The position numbers and the translations under genes are program-made. A stretch of 64,000 nt of DNA. It comes from Marinoscillum sp. (GTDB lineage: Bacteria > Bacteroidota > Bacteroidia > Cytophagales > MED-G16). Below, in pieces: positions 1-8,552 of the stretch (positions are counted from its first letter, which is position 1; the number at the start of each line of letters is the position of its first letter). A model generated the notes under the pieces. It was given only the letters and a program-made list of their open reading frames with translations. It did no database searches and was not told the DNA's origin. The DNA lies in the NCBI GenBank assembly GCA_038134805.1, contig JAYPVV010000006.1, forward strand, positions 1,985-65,984, given 5' to 3'.

Positions 1-52
1 TATTCGATGCCCTATTATTCTCTAGTTTCTTGATTAAATTTAATGGTAAGAG

Positions 53-685
53 ATGCCAAGAGAAATACAGGAATTTTTAGAAAATATTTCTACATGGAAA
101 AAAGAAATACTTTTATTAAGAGATGCTATAAAAAATATTAATCTTAAGGAGACAATTAAGTGGGGATCTCTCTGCTACACATTCAATGGTAAGAATGTGT
201 TTGTGATAGGACTCTTTAAATCTTACTTTTCTATTAGTTTTTTTAAAGGAGTGCTTATTGAAGACAAAGATAATATCCTTATTTCACCAGGAGAAGATTC
301 GCATCACGTGAGAATGCTAATATTTACCTCATCTGAAGAGGTGAAATCTAAAAGATCAGTCATAAATGATTTTATTGATAAAGCAATTAAAATAGAGGAG
401 CAGGGATTAAAAGTTACTGTCTCAGATAGAAGTCTAAGGTACCCAGTTGAACTTACTCAAGCATTTACTTCCTCTTCAGAATTTAAACGTGCTTTTGAGA
501 AACTAACTCCAGGAAGGAAAAGAGCCTATATTCTTTTTTTTACTAAAGCAAAACAGTCTGAAACAAGGTCAGATAGAATTCAGAAATATAGAGGCAGAAT
601 ACTTAATGGATTTGGGATTCATGACTGTGTTTGTGGGAAATCAAAAAAAATGCCTAGATGTGATGGCAGTCATAGTAAACAATAA
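53..685 (+). CDS. DUF1801/YdeI-family protein with C-terminal CDGSH-type iron-sulfur motif
   Basis: 210-aa ORF. The body resembles DUF1801 plus the YdeI/OmpD-associated domain (KRAYILFFTKAKQSETRSDRIQK). Residues 192-207, CVCGKSKKMPRCDGSH, fit the CDGSH signature C-x-C-x2-S-x3-P-x-C-D-G-S-H. Confidence 0.75.
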   Translation: MPREIQEFLENISTWKKEILLLRDAIKNINLKETIKWGSLCYTFNGKNVFVIGLFKSYFSISFFKGVLIEDKDNILISPGEDSHHVRMLIFTSSEEVKSKRSVINDFIDKAIKIEEQGLKVTVSDRSLRYPVELTQAFTSSSEFKRAFEKLTPGRKRAYILFFTKAKQSETRSDRIQKYRGRILNGFGIHDCVCGKSKKMPRCDGSHSKQ

Positions 686-808
686 ATTATATAATTGCTA
701 GGAGCTAGTCATTTAGTTTAATTAAATAATCTTTTATTAAATTTTTTAACTCAAATAAAATGTTTTCTTTTTTTATTTATAAATTGACTCACACATTAAT
801 ACTTAATT

Positions 809-3112
809 ATGAGGATACTTACTACACTTCTATTGATAGCGTTTTTTTCAAATGCCCAAGAAAGGGCAAATTTTAAGGCTGCTGAAAAGTTTAATCAAGA
901 TAATCTATCTAAGATGCTTAAAAGTACATCTGTCTCTCCTAAATGGTTTGAGGAGAGTGACAAGTTCTGGTATTCATATACAACAACATCTGGAAAGAAT
1001 TTTTATATTGTCGACCCAGTTAGGAAGGTAAAAACTAAGCTTTTTGATAACTTAGATTTTTCAGCTAAGCTAAGCGACTTAACCAGAAGACCTGTCAATC
1101 ACAATGAGTTAGATCTTGATGAGTTAGAGTTAGAGAAAGATAATAGGACATTAACTTTTCAGATAGATAGTATTGAGTATAGGTATGACATCGTTAATAA
1201 GACTCTTGTGAGAGGAGACACAATTCCTAAAGAAGAGAAAAATAATTGGGCTAGCTATGCTCCTGACTCCTCATATGTTGTTTTTGCTAAAAATCATAAC
1301 CTTTTCCTTATGGAAGTAGGTGATGAGGATAGTGTTGAAATTCAGCTGACAGAAGATGGAGAGAGGTGGTTCTCTTACCAGTGGAGGCATGAAGACACGA
1401 CATCAGATAAGAGGATGCGCGCTAGGGCTACATGGTTTAAAGACTCTAAGAAATTATATTCAAATAGGTCAGATTCTAGGAAGGTTGATGAGCTCTTTGT
1501 TATAAATACTTTAAAGAAGCCTCGTCCAGAACTTGAGGTGTATAAGTATGCGATGCCGGGTGAGGTAAATGTGCCTCAGGAGGTGCTTGAAATTTTTGAC
1601 GTTGAGAGTAGGGAGAGGATTGTGGTGGATGAAGATAAATACGTGGATCAGACCATATCTCTTCATCTCACAAAAGATAAGTCAGAAAGGTTGTATATGG
1701 TAAGATTAAATAGGACAAGTGATACGTTAGACGTATCATATATTAACACCTCTGATGGTTCGATTAAGTTTTTATTTGAGGATGTAAATCACCCCTATCA
1801 TAACTGGAATTATAGACAGCTTGCTGTCTTAGATGAAGGGAAAGAGCTAATCTACTGGTCTGAAAAAAATGGCTGGGGACAACTTTATCTCTATGACGGT
1901 AATACTGGGAAACTAAAGAATAAGATAACTAATGGAGGATACTTTATTACAGGAAGAATTCAGGATATAGACACATTAAATAGAAAAGTTTACTATCAGG
2001 CTTTTGGTAGAGAGAAAGATGTTGATCCGTACTACAGTATGATCTATAGCTCAAATTTTGATGGTTCAGGAATGAGCCTTCTAACCAAAGAAAAATATAA
2101 CCATAGAGTGAATTTCTCTGAGTCCAGCAAGTATTTTGTTGATAACTACTCTGCAGTTGACATGACACCTACCTCTGTCTTAAGAGATGCTTCTGGGAAT
2201 ATACTTATGAGTTTAGAGGAGGCAGATCTCAGTCTTCTCTACCACGCGGGATGGAAGATGCCAGAGCGGTTTAAAGTTAAGGCTGACGATGGGATTACTG
2301 ACCTTTATGGGGTCATGTATAAACCATTTGATTTTGATCCGGAAAAGAAATATCCTATAATTTCATATGTCTACCCAGGACCTCAGGTTGAGTCTTTTAC
2401 AAATGATTTTACCATCTCAGGAAGATATAACACTGCTCTTGCTCAGTTAGGGTTTATTGTTGTGAGTATGGGACATCGAGGTGGTAGTCCTATGCGATCA
2501 AAGTATTACCACACTTTCGGATATCAAAATCTTAGAGATTACGCACTTGCTGACGATAAGAGATCACTCGAGCAGTTGGCTGAGAGACACTCTTGGATTG
2601 ACCTTGATCACGTTGGAATTTTTGGTCACTCTGGTGGTGGGTTTATGTCTACTGCCGCGCTTCTGACTTACCCTGATTTTTATGATGTTGCCTGCTCTTC
2701 CGCTGGTAACCACGATAATAATATCTACAATAAGTGGTGGAGTGAGACACACAATGGAGTTGAGGCGGTATATAAGAAGAAGAAAGATGAAGATGGGAAC
2801 GAGACCGAAGAGCTCACTTGGAATGCAAAAATTAAGACAAATCAATCTCTTGCCAAGAATTTGAAGGGTCATCTTCTTCTTACCCACGGAAATATTGATA
2901 ATAATGTGCATCCAACAAACTCGCTTCGTCTTGCCGACGAACTTATTAAGGCTGGGAAGAGGTTTGATATGATGATATTCCCTGGTAAAAGACATGGATA
3001 CGGGGATTTTAGATCTTATTACGAGAAGATGATGTGGTACTATTTTGCTGAGCACCTTCTCGGAGATTACAGAGATAATGTCGAAATAGCTTTACCAGAC
3101 TCAGGTAATTAG
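809..3112 (+). CDS. secreted S9B dipeptidyl-peptidase IV family serine peptidase
   Basis: 767-aa ORF with a signal peptide (MRILTTLLLIAFFSNAQ) and a DPP-IV-like N-terminal propeller region. The C-terminal alpha/beta hydrolase carries the nucleophile motif FGHSGGG and later Asp (GNIDNNVH) and His (KRHGYG). Confidence 0.85.
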   Translation: MRILTTLLLIAFFSNAQERANFKAAEKFNQDNLSKMLKSTSVSPKWFEESDKFWYSYTTTSGKNFYIVDPVRKVKTKLFDNLDFSAKLSDLTRRPVNHNELDLDELELEKDNRTLTFQIDSIEYRYDIVNKTLVRGDTIPKEEKNNWASYAPDSSYVVFAKNHNLFLMEVGDEDSVEIQLTEDGERWFSYQWRHEDTTSDKRMRARATWFKDSKKLYSNRSDSRKVDELFVINTLKKPRPELEVYKYAMPGEVNVPQEVLEIFDVESRERIVVDEDKYVDQTISLHLTKDKSERLYMVRLNRTSDTLDVSYINTSDGSIKFLFEDVNHPYHNWNYRQLAVLDEGKELIYWSEKNGWGQLYLYDGNTGKLKNKITNGGYFITGRIQDIDTLNRKVYYQAFGREKDVDPYYSMIYSSNFDGSGMSLLTKEKYNHRVNFSESSKYFVDNYSAVDMTPTSVLRDASGNILMSLEEADLSLLYHAGWKMPERFKVKADDGITDLYGVMYKPFDFDPEKKYPIISYVYPGPQVESFTNDFTISGRYNTALAQLGFIVVSMGHRGGSPMRSKYYHTFGYQNLRDYALADDKRSLEQLAERHSWIDLDHVGIFGHSGGGFMSTAALLTYPDFYDVACSSAGNHDNNIYNKWWSETHNGVEAVYKKKKDEDGNETEELTWNAKIKTNQSLAKNLKGHLLLTHGNIDNNVHPTNSLRLADELIKAGKRFDMMIFPGKRHGYGDFRSYYEKMMWYYFAEHLLGDYRDNVEIALPDSGN

Positions 3113-3126
3113 AAAAGCAAATATTT

Positions 3127-3166
3127 AATACTAAAAAAATTAGTATTTACTAAAAAAATTAGTATT
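3127..3166 (+). promoter_or_regulatory. two tandem perfect palindromes TACTAA-N5-TTAGTA (19-bp period); candidate operator pair upstream of umuDC
   Basis: Identical 17-bp dyads at 3129-3145 and 3148-3164. The first extends to AATACTAA-N5-TTAGTATT (3127-3147). They end 38 bp before the umuD ATG, and a near-consensus -7 box TCCTTTTG lies at 3173-3180. Confidence 0.5.
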
Positions 3167-3202
3167 TTTAACTCCTTTTGAACTATTCAAATAGAGTTAG
3201 AT

Positions 3203-3631
3203 ATGAAGACGACAACACCTTCTCTTGAGAAGATAGGTATCCTTAGTGCTATACCATTTTATTCACAGGCAGTCCCTGCCGGATTTCCCTCTCCAGCTGA
3301 CGACTTCCTTGAGTTTGATCTCTCTCTGGATAAGAAACTTATCAAGCACCCAAGCGCAACATTTTTTGTTCGTGTGAGTGGGACCTCTATGATAAATGCT
3401 AAAATTTTTGATGGGAGTATCTTGCTTGTTGATAGAGCTGAAAAAATTAAGAATGGTGACATTGTCCTTGCTGTTGTAGATGGAGATTTTACTGTGAAAA
3501 GATACAGAGAAATAGATGGTGTTGTTTTCTTATTCCCTGAGAATACGTCTATGAGACCAATTAAAATTTTTGAGGGTTCAGAGTCGTATGTCTGGGGAAA
3601 GGTCATGTGGTCTTTTAACAGTGTGGGATGA
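3203..3631 (+). CDS. umuD: UmuD-like S24 peptidase (translesion polymerase V accessory subunit)
   Basis: 142 aa. Motifs VPAGFPSPA (A-G cleavage region), [15 protein letters not shown] (catalytic Ser) and [17 protein letters not shown] (catalytic Lys) line up closely with E. coli UmuD. An ATGA overlap joins it to umuC. Confidence 0.92.
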   Translation: MKTTTPSLEKIGILSAIPFYSQAVPAGFPSPADDFLEFDLSLDKKLIKHPSATFFVRVSGTSMINAKIFDGSILLVDRAEKIKNGDIVLAVVDGDFTVKRYREIDGVVFLFPENTSMRPIKIFEGSESYVWGKVMWSFNSVG

Positions 3632-4878
3632 TAGCGCTTGTAGACTGTAATAATTTTTACGCTTCTTGTGAGAGGGTATTCAGGCCACATCTTGAGAGGA
3701 AACCTGTCGCAGTACTTTCAAATAACGACGGATGTGTGATAGCGAGATCAAATGAATCAAAAGCACTTGGACTGAAGATGGGCGAGCCCATATTTAAAAA
3801 GAAAGATCTTGTGAGAAGACATAATATACAGCTCTTCTCCTCAAACTTTGCTCTCTACGGAGATATATCGAAGCGTGTGTTTGATATCGTATCAAGAAAT
3901 ATACCTGCGTACGAGATATATTCTATTGATGAGGCTTTCCTTGATTTTAGAGGAATAAAAGACCCATATGTCTTCGCTGTTCATCTCAGAAAGAAAGTGA
4001 GAGAGTGGACGGGTATACCTATATCAATAGGTATATCATACACAAAAACTCTCTGTAAAGTGGCTGGATATCTTGCAAAGAAATCTCCGGAAGGAGTCTG
4101 TTACCTACATGATAAGAGGGAGATAGCTAGTGTCTTAGGTAGACTCCCAATAGATGAGATATGGGGAGTAGGTATGAGGTACGCTATAAAACTAAAGAAG
4201 TACGGAATCCATACGGCAAAGGATTTACTTGAGTGTGATGAGACGTGGGTAAGGAAGATGATGAACGTAGTCGGTCTACGGATGGTCAGAGAGCTTAAGT
4301 GCATACCGCACTTCATCCTTGAGGAGGGGAGGAGTATGAAGAAGAGCATATGTACCTCGAGATCTTTTTCTGTAGAAATATCTGAATATGATCGTATGTC
4401 TGAGTACGTGAGTATGTTCGCTGCAAGGTGTGCAGAGAAGTTGCGAGGGGAAGCCGCATGTGCAAGGTCAGTGAGTGTGTTTATCTACACAAACAGGTTC
4501 AAGCCAAGAGCAAGGCAGCACTCTGGGTATTTCTCTATGGATTTTCATACTGCAGCAAGCGACACGATAACTATCACGAAGCTTGCGATAGAGTGCCTAA
4601 AAAAAATATTTATGCTAGGGTACTCTTACAAGAAGGCAGGTGTCACTCTCTCTGGTATAATACCAAGAAATCAAGTGCAATTAAGCCTCTTCGACTCCCA
4701 AGACAGGAAGAGGGCAGATACTCTCATGAAGACACTAGACACAATCAATGGAAGTATGGGAAGAGATGTGCTCAAGCTTAGTTCCTCAGGTATCAACAAT
4801 AAGTGGAAGATTGGAAAAGAGATGCTCTCTCCTTGCTACACAACACGCTGGTCTGATATACTTACGGTCAGAGTATAA
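3628..4878 (+). CDS. umuC: Y-family DNA polymerase V catalytic subunit UmuC
   Basis: 416 aa. The N-terminus [20 protein letters not shown] and SIDEAFLD are hallmark Y-family/UmuC motifs. The start overlaps the umuD stop by 4 nt. Confidence 0.92.
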   Translation: MIALVDCNNFYASCERVFRPHLERKPVAVLSNNDGCVIARSNESKALGLKMGEPIFKKKDLVRRHNIQLFSSNFALYGDISKRVFDIVSRNIPAYEIYSIDEAFLDFRGIKDPYVFAVHLRKKVREWTGIPISIGISYTKTLCKVAGYLAKKSPEGVCYLHDKREIASVLGRLPIDEIWGVGMRYAIKLKKYGIHTAKDLLECDETWVRKMMNVVGLRMVRELKCIPHFILEEGRSMKKSICTSRSFSVEISEYDRMSEYVSMFAARCAEKLRGEAACARSVSVFIYTNRFKPRARQHSGYFSMDFHTAASDTITITKLAIECLKKIFMLGYSYKKAGVTLSGIIPRNQVQLSLFDSQDRKRADTLMKTLDTINGSMGRDVLKLSSSGINNKWKIGKEMLSPCYTTRWSDILTVRV

Positions 4879-5647
4879 AGGGAAAGACAGCTTTCCTTTC
4901 TTCGGGATACTCAGGGAATGTCTTCTTGTACCATCTGTGATGTGAAAGCGCTCGAGGGACAAGATTAAAAAATGTCCACAAGAAAAAGGCTAGACCTGCA
5001 ATGCTCCAGGTCATGATAGCAAAACCAAGCCACTCAATTATCTCTCCAAAGAAATTTGGGCAAGAGATGTACTTGAATAAGCCTTTATCTGGGATAACAT
5101 ATCCTTTTTCATTCCCTTTCCTTAAGCTTATAAGGTAAGTGTCTGATATATTATTAATAAAAAATCCTAGGAGGAAAATGGATATACCTACGATAAATTC
5201 TGGAGATGATAACCAGGAAGACGAGTAGTCAAATTTGATATTTCCAAAATAAATTCCATTTATTAGGCCATTGATAATATTGAAAAAGAAGGCAAGAACA
5301 GCAATAATAAGAGGCATTTTCTTTGCTTTGGTCTTTATCCTAAGAGGGAATATAATACTTCTATTGAAGTAATGAATAATCCATACAGAAATAAAGAGGA
5401 GTGTTACATCTGAGACAGGGTTATCACTAAAAATAACAAGATATGGGCATAGTAGAAGAGCAGGAAGTTCCATCAGTACCCAACCAATTTTATTATCTAT
5501 AAGTGGTCCCCAATTTTTTGATGTGTGTCTGCCGTAAGGAGCGTCGTGCTTAAGGATAAATGGAAATGATAATAACCCGACTAAAATCCATCCGTATGCA
5601 AAAGTTTCATAATTACTCATAGATACTATCTTTAATAGTTTTCTCAA
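4868..5647 (-). CDS. 3-oxo-5-alpha-steroid 4-dehydrogenase (steroid 5-alpha-reductase) family membrane reductase
   Basis: 259-aa polytopic ORF with SRD5A-family motifs: [76 protein letters not shown]. The likely true start is Met10 (codon 5618-5620), which gives an ATGAGTAA overlap with the upstream gene. Confidence 0.85.
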   Translation of the reverse strand: MRKLLKIVSMSNYETFAYGWILVGLLSFPFILKHDAPYGRHTSKNWGPLIDNKIGWVLMELPALLLCPYLVIFSDNPVSDVTLLFISVWIIHYFNRSIIFPLRIKTKAKKMPLIIAVLAFFFNIINGLINGIYFGNIKFDYSSSWLSSPEFIVGISIFLLGFFINNISDTYLISLRKGNEKGYVIPDKGLFKYISCPNFFGEIIEWLGFAIMTWSIAGLAFFLWTFFNLVPRALSHHRWYKKTFPEYPEERKAVFPFIL

Positions 5648-6596
5648 GAGGACTTACCTTAAGTCCTAACTCTTTTTTTGCTTTAGAGTTGTCAATATTT
5701 TTAGGGAAGTTAATAATATTTTCAATTGCTTCTTTGGTCATATTATCAAGTCCAGGAAAAAAATTACCAGTAGCCTGTGCAACTCCTTTAATCAAAATAG
5801 AAGGCAGGACTGAGAGAAGAGGAAGACTGAGTCTAAGAATAAACTTAGGCAAGAAAAATACTCTTGATTTTTTTTTACGATATTTTTTTACTACCCCATA
5901 AATTTCTTTAAATGATCTCCATTTACCTGAGACAAGGTAAGATTCTTTGTCTTTCCCTCTTCTGATAGAAGAGTATATGGCCTTTGATAAATCTTCGACA
6001 TCAACTACATCTAACCCCCCATCAACAAATAAAGGAAGCTCTCCACTGTGTAACGCCTTGATCACTGTGCCGAGCCTTGAGGGTTTGAAATCATATTTTC
6101 CAAGTACAGATGTTGGGTTTATGGAGATAGTTTCAATTCCTTGGGAGCTGAGGACAAGTTCTTGTGCTTTGGCCTTTGTTACATCATATGCGTTACCTCT
6201 TAAGACAAGTTCTCTTGTCTCATCAAAAGTTGTCTCGGTTTTTTTTTTGTTATAGGCGTTGACAGAGCTTATATAAATAAATTTTTTCACTTTTTTCTTT
6301 ATGGAAGCTTGTAGAAGATTTCTAGTTCCGGTAAAGTTTACTTCAAATACTTTATCGTAGCTATCAAGACCAATTGAAATCATTGCAGCTGAGTGGATGA
6401 TAATATCACAACCCTCACAAAATTTTTCAAGGGTGTCAGTGCTGTTAAGATCTCCATAAAATCTATTACATGAAAGCTCACTTAAGTAACTGACATCTTC
6501 TCTAACTAAAATATTTAACTCATCTCCATTATCTAGAATTTCTTTGCATACATTGTACCCCACAAGACCTGAGGCACCTGTTACTCCAACTCTCAT
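5613..6596 (-). CDS. NAD(P)-dependent epimerase/dehydratase-type extended SDR (3-beta-HSD / HpnA / DFR-like subgroup)
   Basis: 327 aa with the Rossmann motif VGVTGASGLVGYN and the catalytic YDVTKAKAQ (YxxxK). It overlaps both neighbouring genes. Confidence 0.8.
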   Translation of the reverse strand: MRVGVTGASGLVGYNVCKEILDNGDELNILVREDVSYLSELSCNRFYGDLNSTDTLEKFCEGCDIIIHSAAMISIGLDSYDKVFEVNFTGTRNLLQASIKKKVKKFIYISSVNAYNKKKTETTFDETRELVLRGNAYDVTKAKAQELVLSSQGIETISINPTSVLGKYDFKPSRLGTVIKALHSGELPLFVDGGLDVVDVEDLSKAIYSSIRRGKDKESYLVSGKWRSFKEIYGVVKKYRKKKSRVFFLPKFILRLSLPLLSVLPSILIKGVAQATGNFFPGLDNMTKEAIENIINFPKNIDNSKAKKELGLKVSPLEKTIKDSIYE

Positions 6597-7099
6597 TCCC
6601 TCTGATATTTTGTAAAAGAAGAACTCACTTTCACCTCAATCTCTTCTGCAATATTCTTGAAGAGTAGTCTAGGGATTTTAATCTTAAACTCTTGGAGAAG
6701 AATCTTGAATTCTGATTGAATAGTTATCCGATCACCATCTTCATTGATAGAGGCTGGTATTTGTATTTTTTTTGTTACTCCATGAAGAGTAATCTCACCC
6801 TTAGCCATATCACCATCTAGAGTTCCTTTGAATATGCACTCAGGATATTTATCTGTCTCTAAGTAGCTGTCATTAAAATGTTTTTGCATGAGCTTATTTG
6901 GAAACTCGAATGAGCTCATTGGGATTTTGATAAGGTACTCACCAGTCTCTTTATCTAGTGCCCCGAGAGCTTGTGAATTTATTGCCTGGATATCCTCAAG
7001 AGGAGCATAGGAGTAGAACTTAATAGTAGAATTTTGGATAACGTATCTAGTCTCTTGTTTATTTATAAAGAGCGATAAAATGAAATATAGAATTACCAT
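6593..7099 (-). CDS. YceI-like polyisoprenoid/lipid-binding protein
   Basis: 168 aa with an N-terminal hydrophobic leader. YceI-type pattern: FPNKLMQKHFNDSYLETDKYPECIFKG, GEITLHGVTKKIQIP. Confidence 0.78.
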   Translation of the reverse strand: MVILYFILSLFINKQETRYVIQNSTIKFYSYAPLEDIQAINSQALGALDKETGEYLIKIPMSSFEFPNKLMQKHFNDSYLETDKYPECIFKGTLDGDMAKGEITLHGVTKKIQIPASINEDGDRITIQSEFKILLQEFKIKIPRLLFKNIAEEIEVKVSSSFTKYQRE

Positions 7100-7977
7100 T
7101 CTTCAGATTTTTTTCTTCCAGAAAATTCTCTTAGTATATTAAATCCGAAGGATATCTCACTATCTCCCCAGCTCTTGTCAGTCTGGAAGATAAACCCTTT
7201 CTCATGGAGCGGTGTGGAGTTAGTAAAGTGGAATTGGAAGACGTGACCACCAGCTTCAATATCTACTCCTAAGCTAAGAGAGTTATTATTTTCTTTAAAG
7301 ATAGTATTGTAGGCCATTGATTGATCATCTTGGTGTTTAACTCTACTGAAGTACTCAAAGTTTATTGCTACTCTCTGAGAAATTAGATACCTACCACTTA
7401 TGCCAATGCTCGAGAATATATTTTTTTGGTAGTCATAGAACTCATGAAAAATTAAGGTAGGAGATACTTGCAATGATAACTTCCCAATTTTTTTTGCTAC
7501 AAGGAATTGGTTTACCTGACTAAATCTTTGCATAAATGGAATTTTATTCCCGTATCGCAAAGTTTCTACTGATGAAGCAAATAGATACTGTAAGGAGAGT
7601 GGAGTAGAGTTATCGGTTGTTTGTTTAAGCAGAATAAGTTTTGAAAATATATCGTACGTTTTGTTGAAAGAACTTCTTCCAAAACCTATCATGATATTTT
7701 TACCAACTCCGTAGTCAAAACCTAACCTTATCTGAGCGTTATCTAGTCCAAAAATATCATAGAACCCCTCCTCGATTGTACCAAATCTATGAGATATTCT
7801 AAGTTCACCAACACCCTCAGGAATCATCTCTACAGAGTGTCCATTTATAATTCTGGTTGAGCTGAAAGTAGATGAAATTGGTCTAGATTCTTGCGAAGAA
7901 CCTACAATATCTTCGAGAGAACTTTGAGAGATTGCGATCCTAGAAATCAAGAAAAAAGCTAAAACAAATAACCTCAT
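7093..7977 (-). CDS. putative outer-membrane beta-barrel protein (DUF5777-like)
   Basis: 294 aa with a signal peptide (MRLFVLAFFLISRIAISQ) and alternating beta-strand-like sequence. The segment RISHRFG...FGLDNAQIRLGFDYG matches the family I recall as DUF5777. The C-terminus ends in aromatic-rich strands. Confidence 0.55.
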   Translation of the reverse strand: MRLFVLAFFLISRIAISQSSLEDIVGSSQESRPISSTFSSTRIINGHSVEMIPEGVGELRISHRFGTIEEGFYDIFGLDNAQIRLGFDYGVGKNIMIGFGRSSFNKTYDIFSKLILLKQTTDNSTPLSLQYLFASSVETLRYGNKIPFMQRFSQVNQFLVAKKIGKLSLQVSPTLIFHEFYDYQKNIFSSIGISGRYLISQRVAINFEYFSRVKHQDDQSMAYNTIFKENNNSLSLGVDIEAGGHVFQFHFTNSTPLHEKGFIFQTDKSWGDSEISFGFNILREFSGRKKSEEW

Positions 7978-8018
7978 ATATACATATATTTACTTAATTT
8001 AATTAAATATACAGTTAT

Positions 8019-8432
8019 ATGGAAGTAAAGGTTTCTATGTCTTATCTTGATGATGAGAAGTACATCGTAAAAAATGTTTCTGGTAATGAGTTAGTAGTAG
8101 ATATGTACGCTCGTGATAAGAAAGAAAATCTATCTCCGATGGAGCTTCTTCTCTCTGCCGTCACTACTTGTGCAGCAGTAGAGGTTGTTTCAATGATTAA
8201 GAAGAGGAGAAGAGACTTTAAAGATATCAAGGCTGAGTCTTCAGGAGTGAGAGCTGATACACACCCTATGTACTATAAAGAAATTTATGTCAAGTATATA
8301 ATTTACTCAAATGACTTGCAGGACAACGAGGCAGATAGATTTATAAGTTTAGCCCTAACTAAGTATTGCTCAGTAGGCTCATCTATTAGGAAAGATACCA
8401 TTGTCAAGCATTCTTTTGAGATAGTTAGATAA
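8019..8432 (+). CDS. OsmC/Ohr-family peroxiredoxin-like protein
   Basis: 137 aa with the two conserved Cys contexts of OsmC-like proteins (SAVTTCAAVEV and LTKYCSVGSS). Confidence 0.82.
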   Translation: MEVKVSMSYLDDEKYIVKNVSGNELVVDMYARDKKENLSPMELLLSAVTTCAAVEVVSMIKKRRRDFKDIKAESSGVRADTHPMYYKEIYVKYIIYSNDLQDNEADRFISLALTKYCSVGSSIRKDTIVKHSFEIVR

Positions 8433-8552
8433 ATTAGAAAAAAGGTATATGAAGAATTTAATTATTTTAGTATTCTTAATACTTTCATATCAGGGTTTTT
8501 CTCAAATCCTTCCAAGTTCTTTTGGGATTCATAATTTACTATCACTAATTGA

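Noticed and set aside
2564-3055. Long antisense ORFs inside confirmed genes: 2564-3055, 3259-3690, 4101-4349, 11794-12144, 19043-19573, 23823-24149, 39823-40227 and others in the track.
   Set aside because: Each lies entirely opposite a gene with strong family motifs. Their products are low-complexity (Ser/Leu/Ile/Phe-rich) with no recognisable motifs. They are the expected stop-poor shadow frames of biased coding sequence.
4868-4878. The 11-bp 3'-3' overlap of convergent umuC and the reductase gene, the zero-gap convergent stops at 49866-49871, and the 18-bp overlap at 20798-20815; considered as antisense regulatory designs.
   Set aside because: They are consistent with general genome compaction seen throughout the window, and no associated structure or motif was found. 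They are noted only as context.
6239-6248. Homopolymer runs inside coding regions (T10 at 6239-6248, T9 at 5867-5875) as possible phase-variation switches.
   Set aside because: They encode Lys runs in an AT-rich genome where such tracts are frequent. They show no association with surface-antigen or restriction genes, and no evidence of length heterogeneity is available.
8467-8485. TTAGTATT-CTT-AATACTTT, containing the same half-site words as the umuDC dyads.
   Set aside because: The half-sites are in everted orientation with a 3-bp rather than 5-bp spacer. They sit in a Leu/Ile/Val-coding stretch of the mini-ORF, so this is most likely chance in AT-rich sequence.
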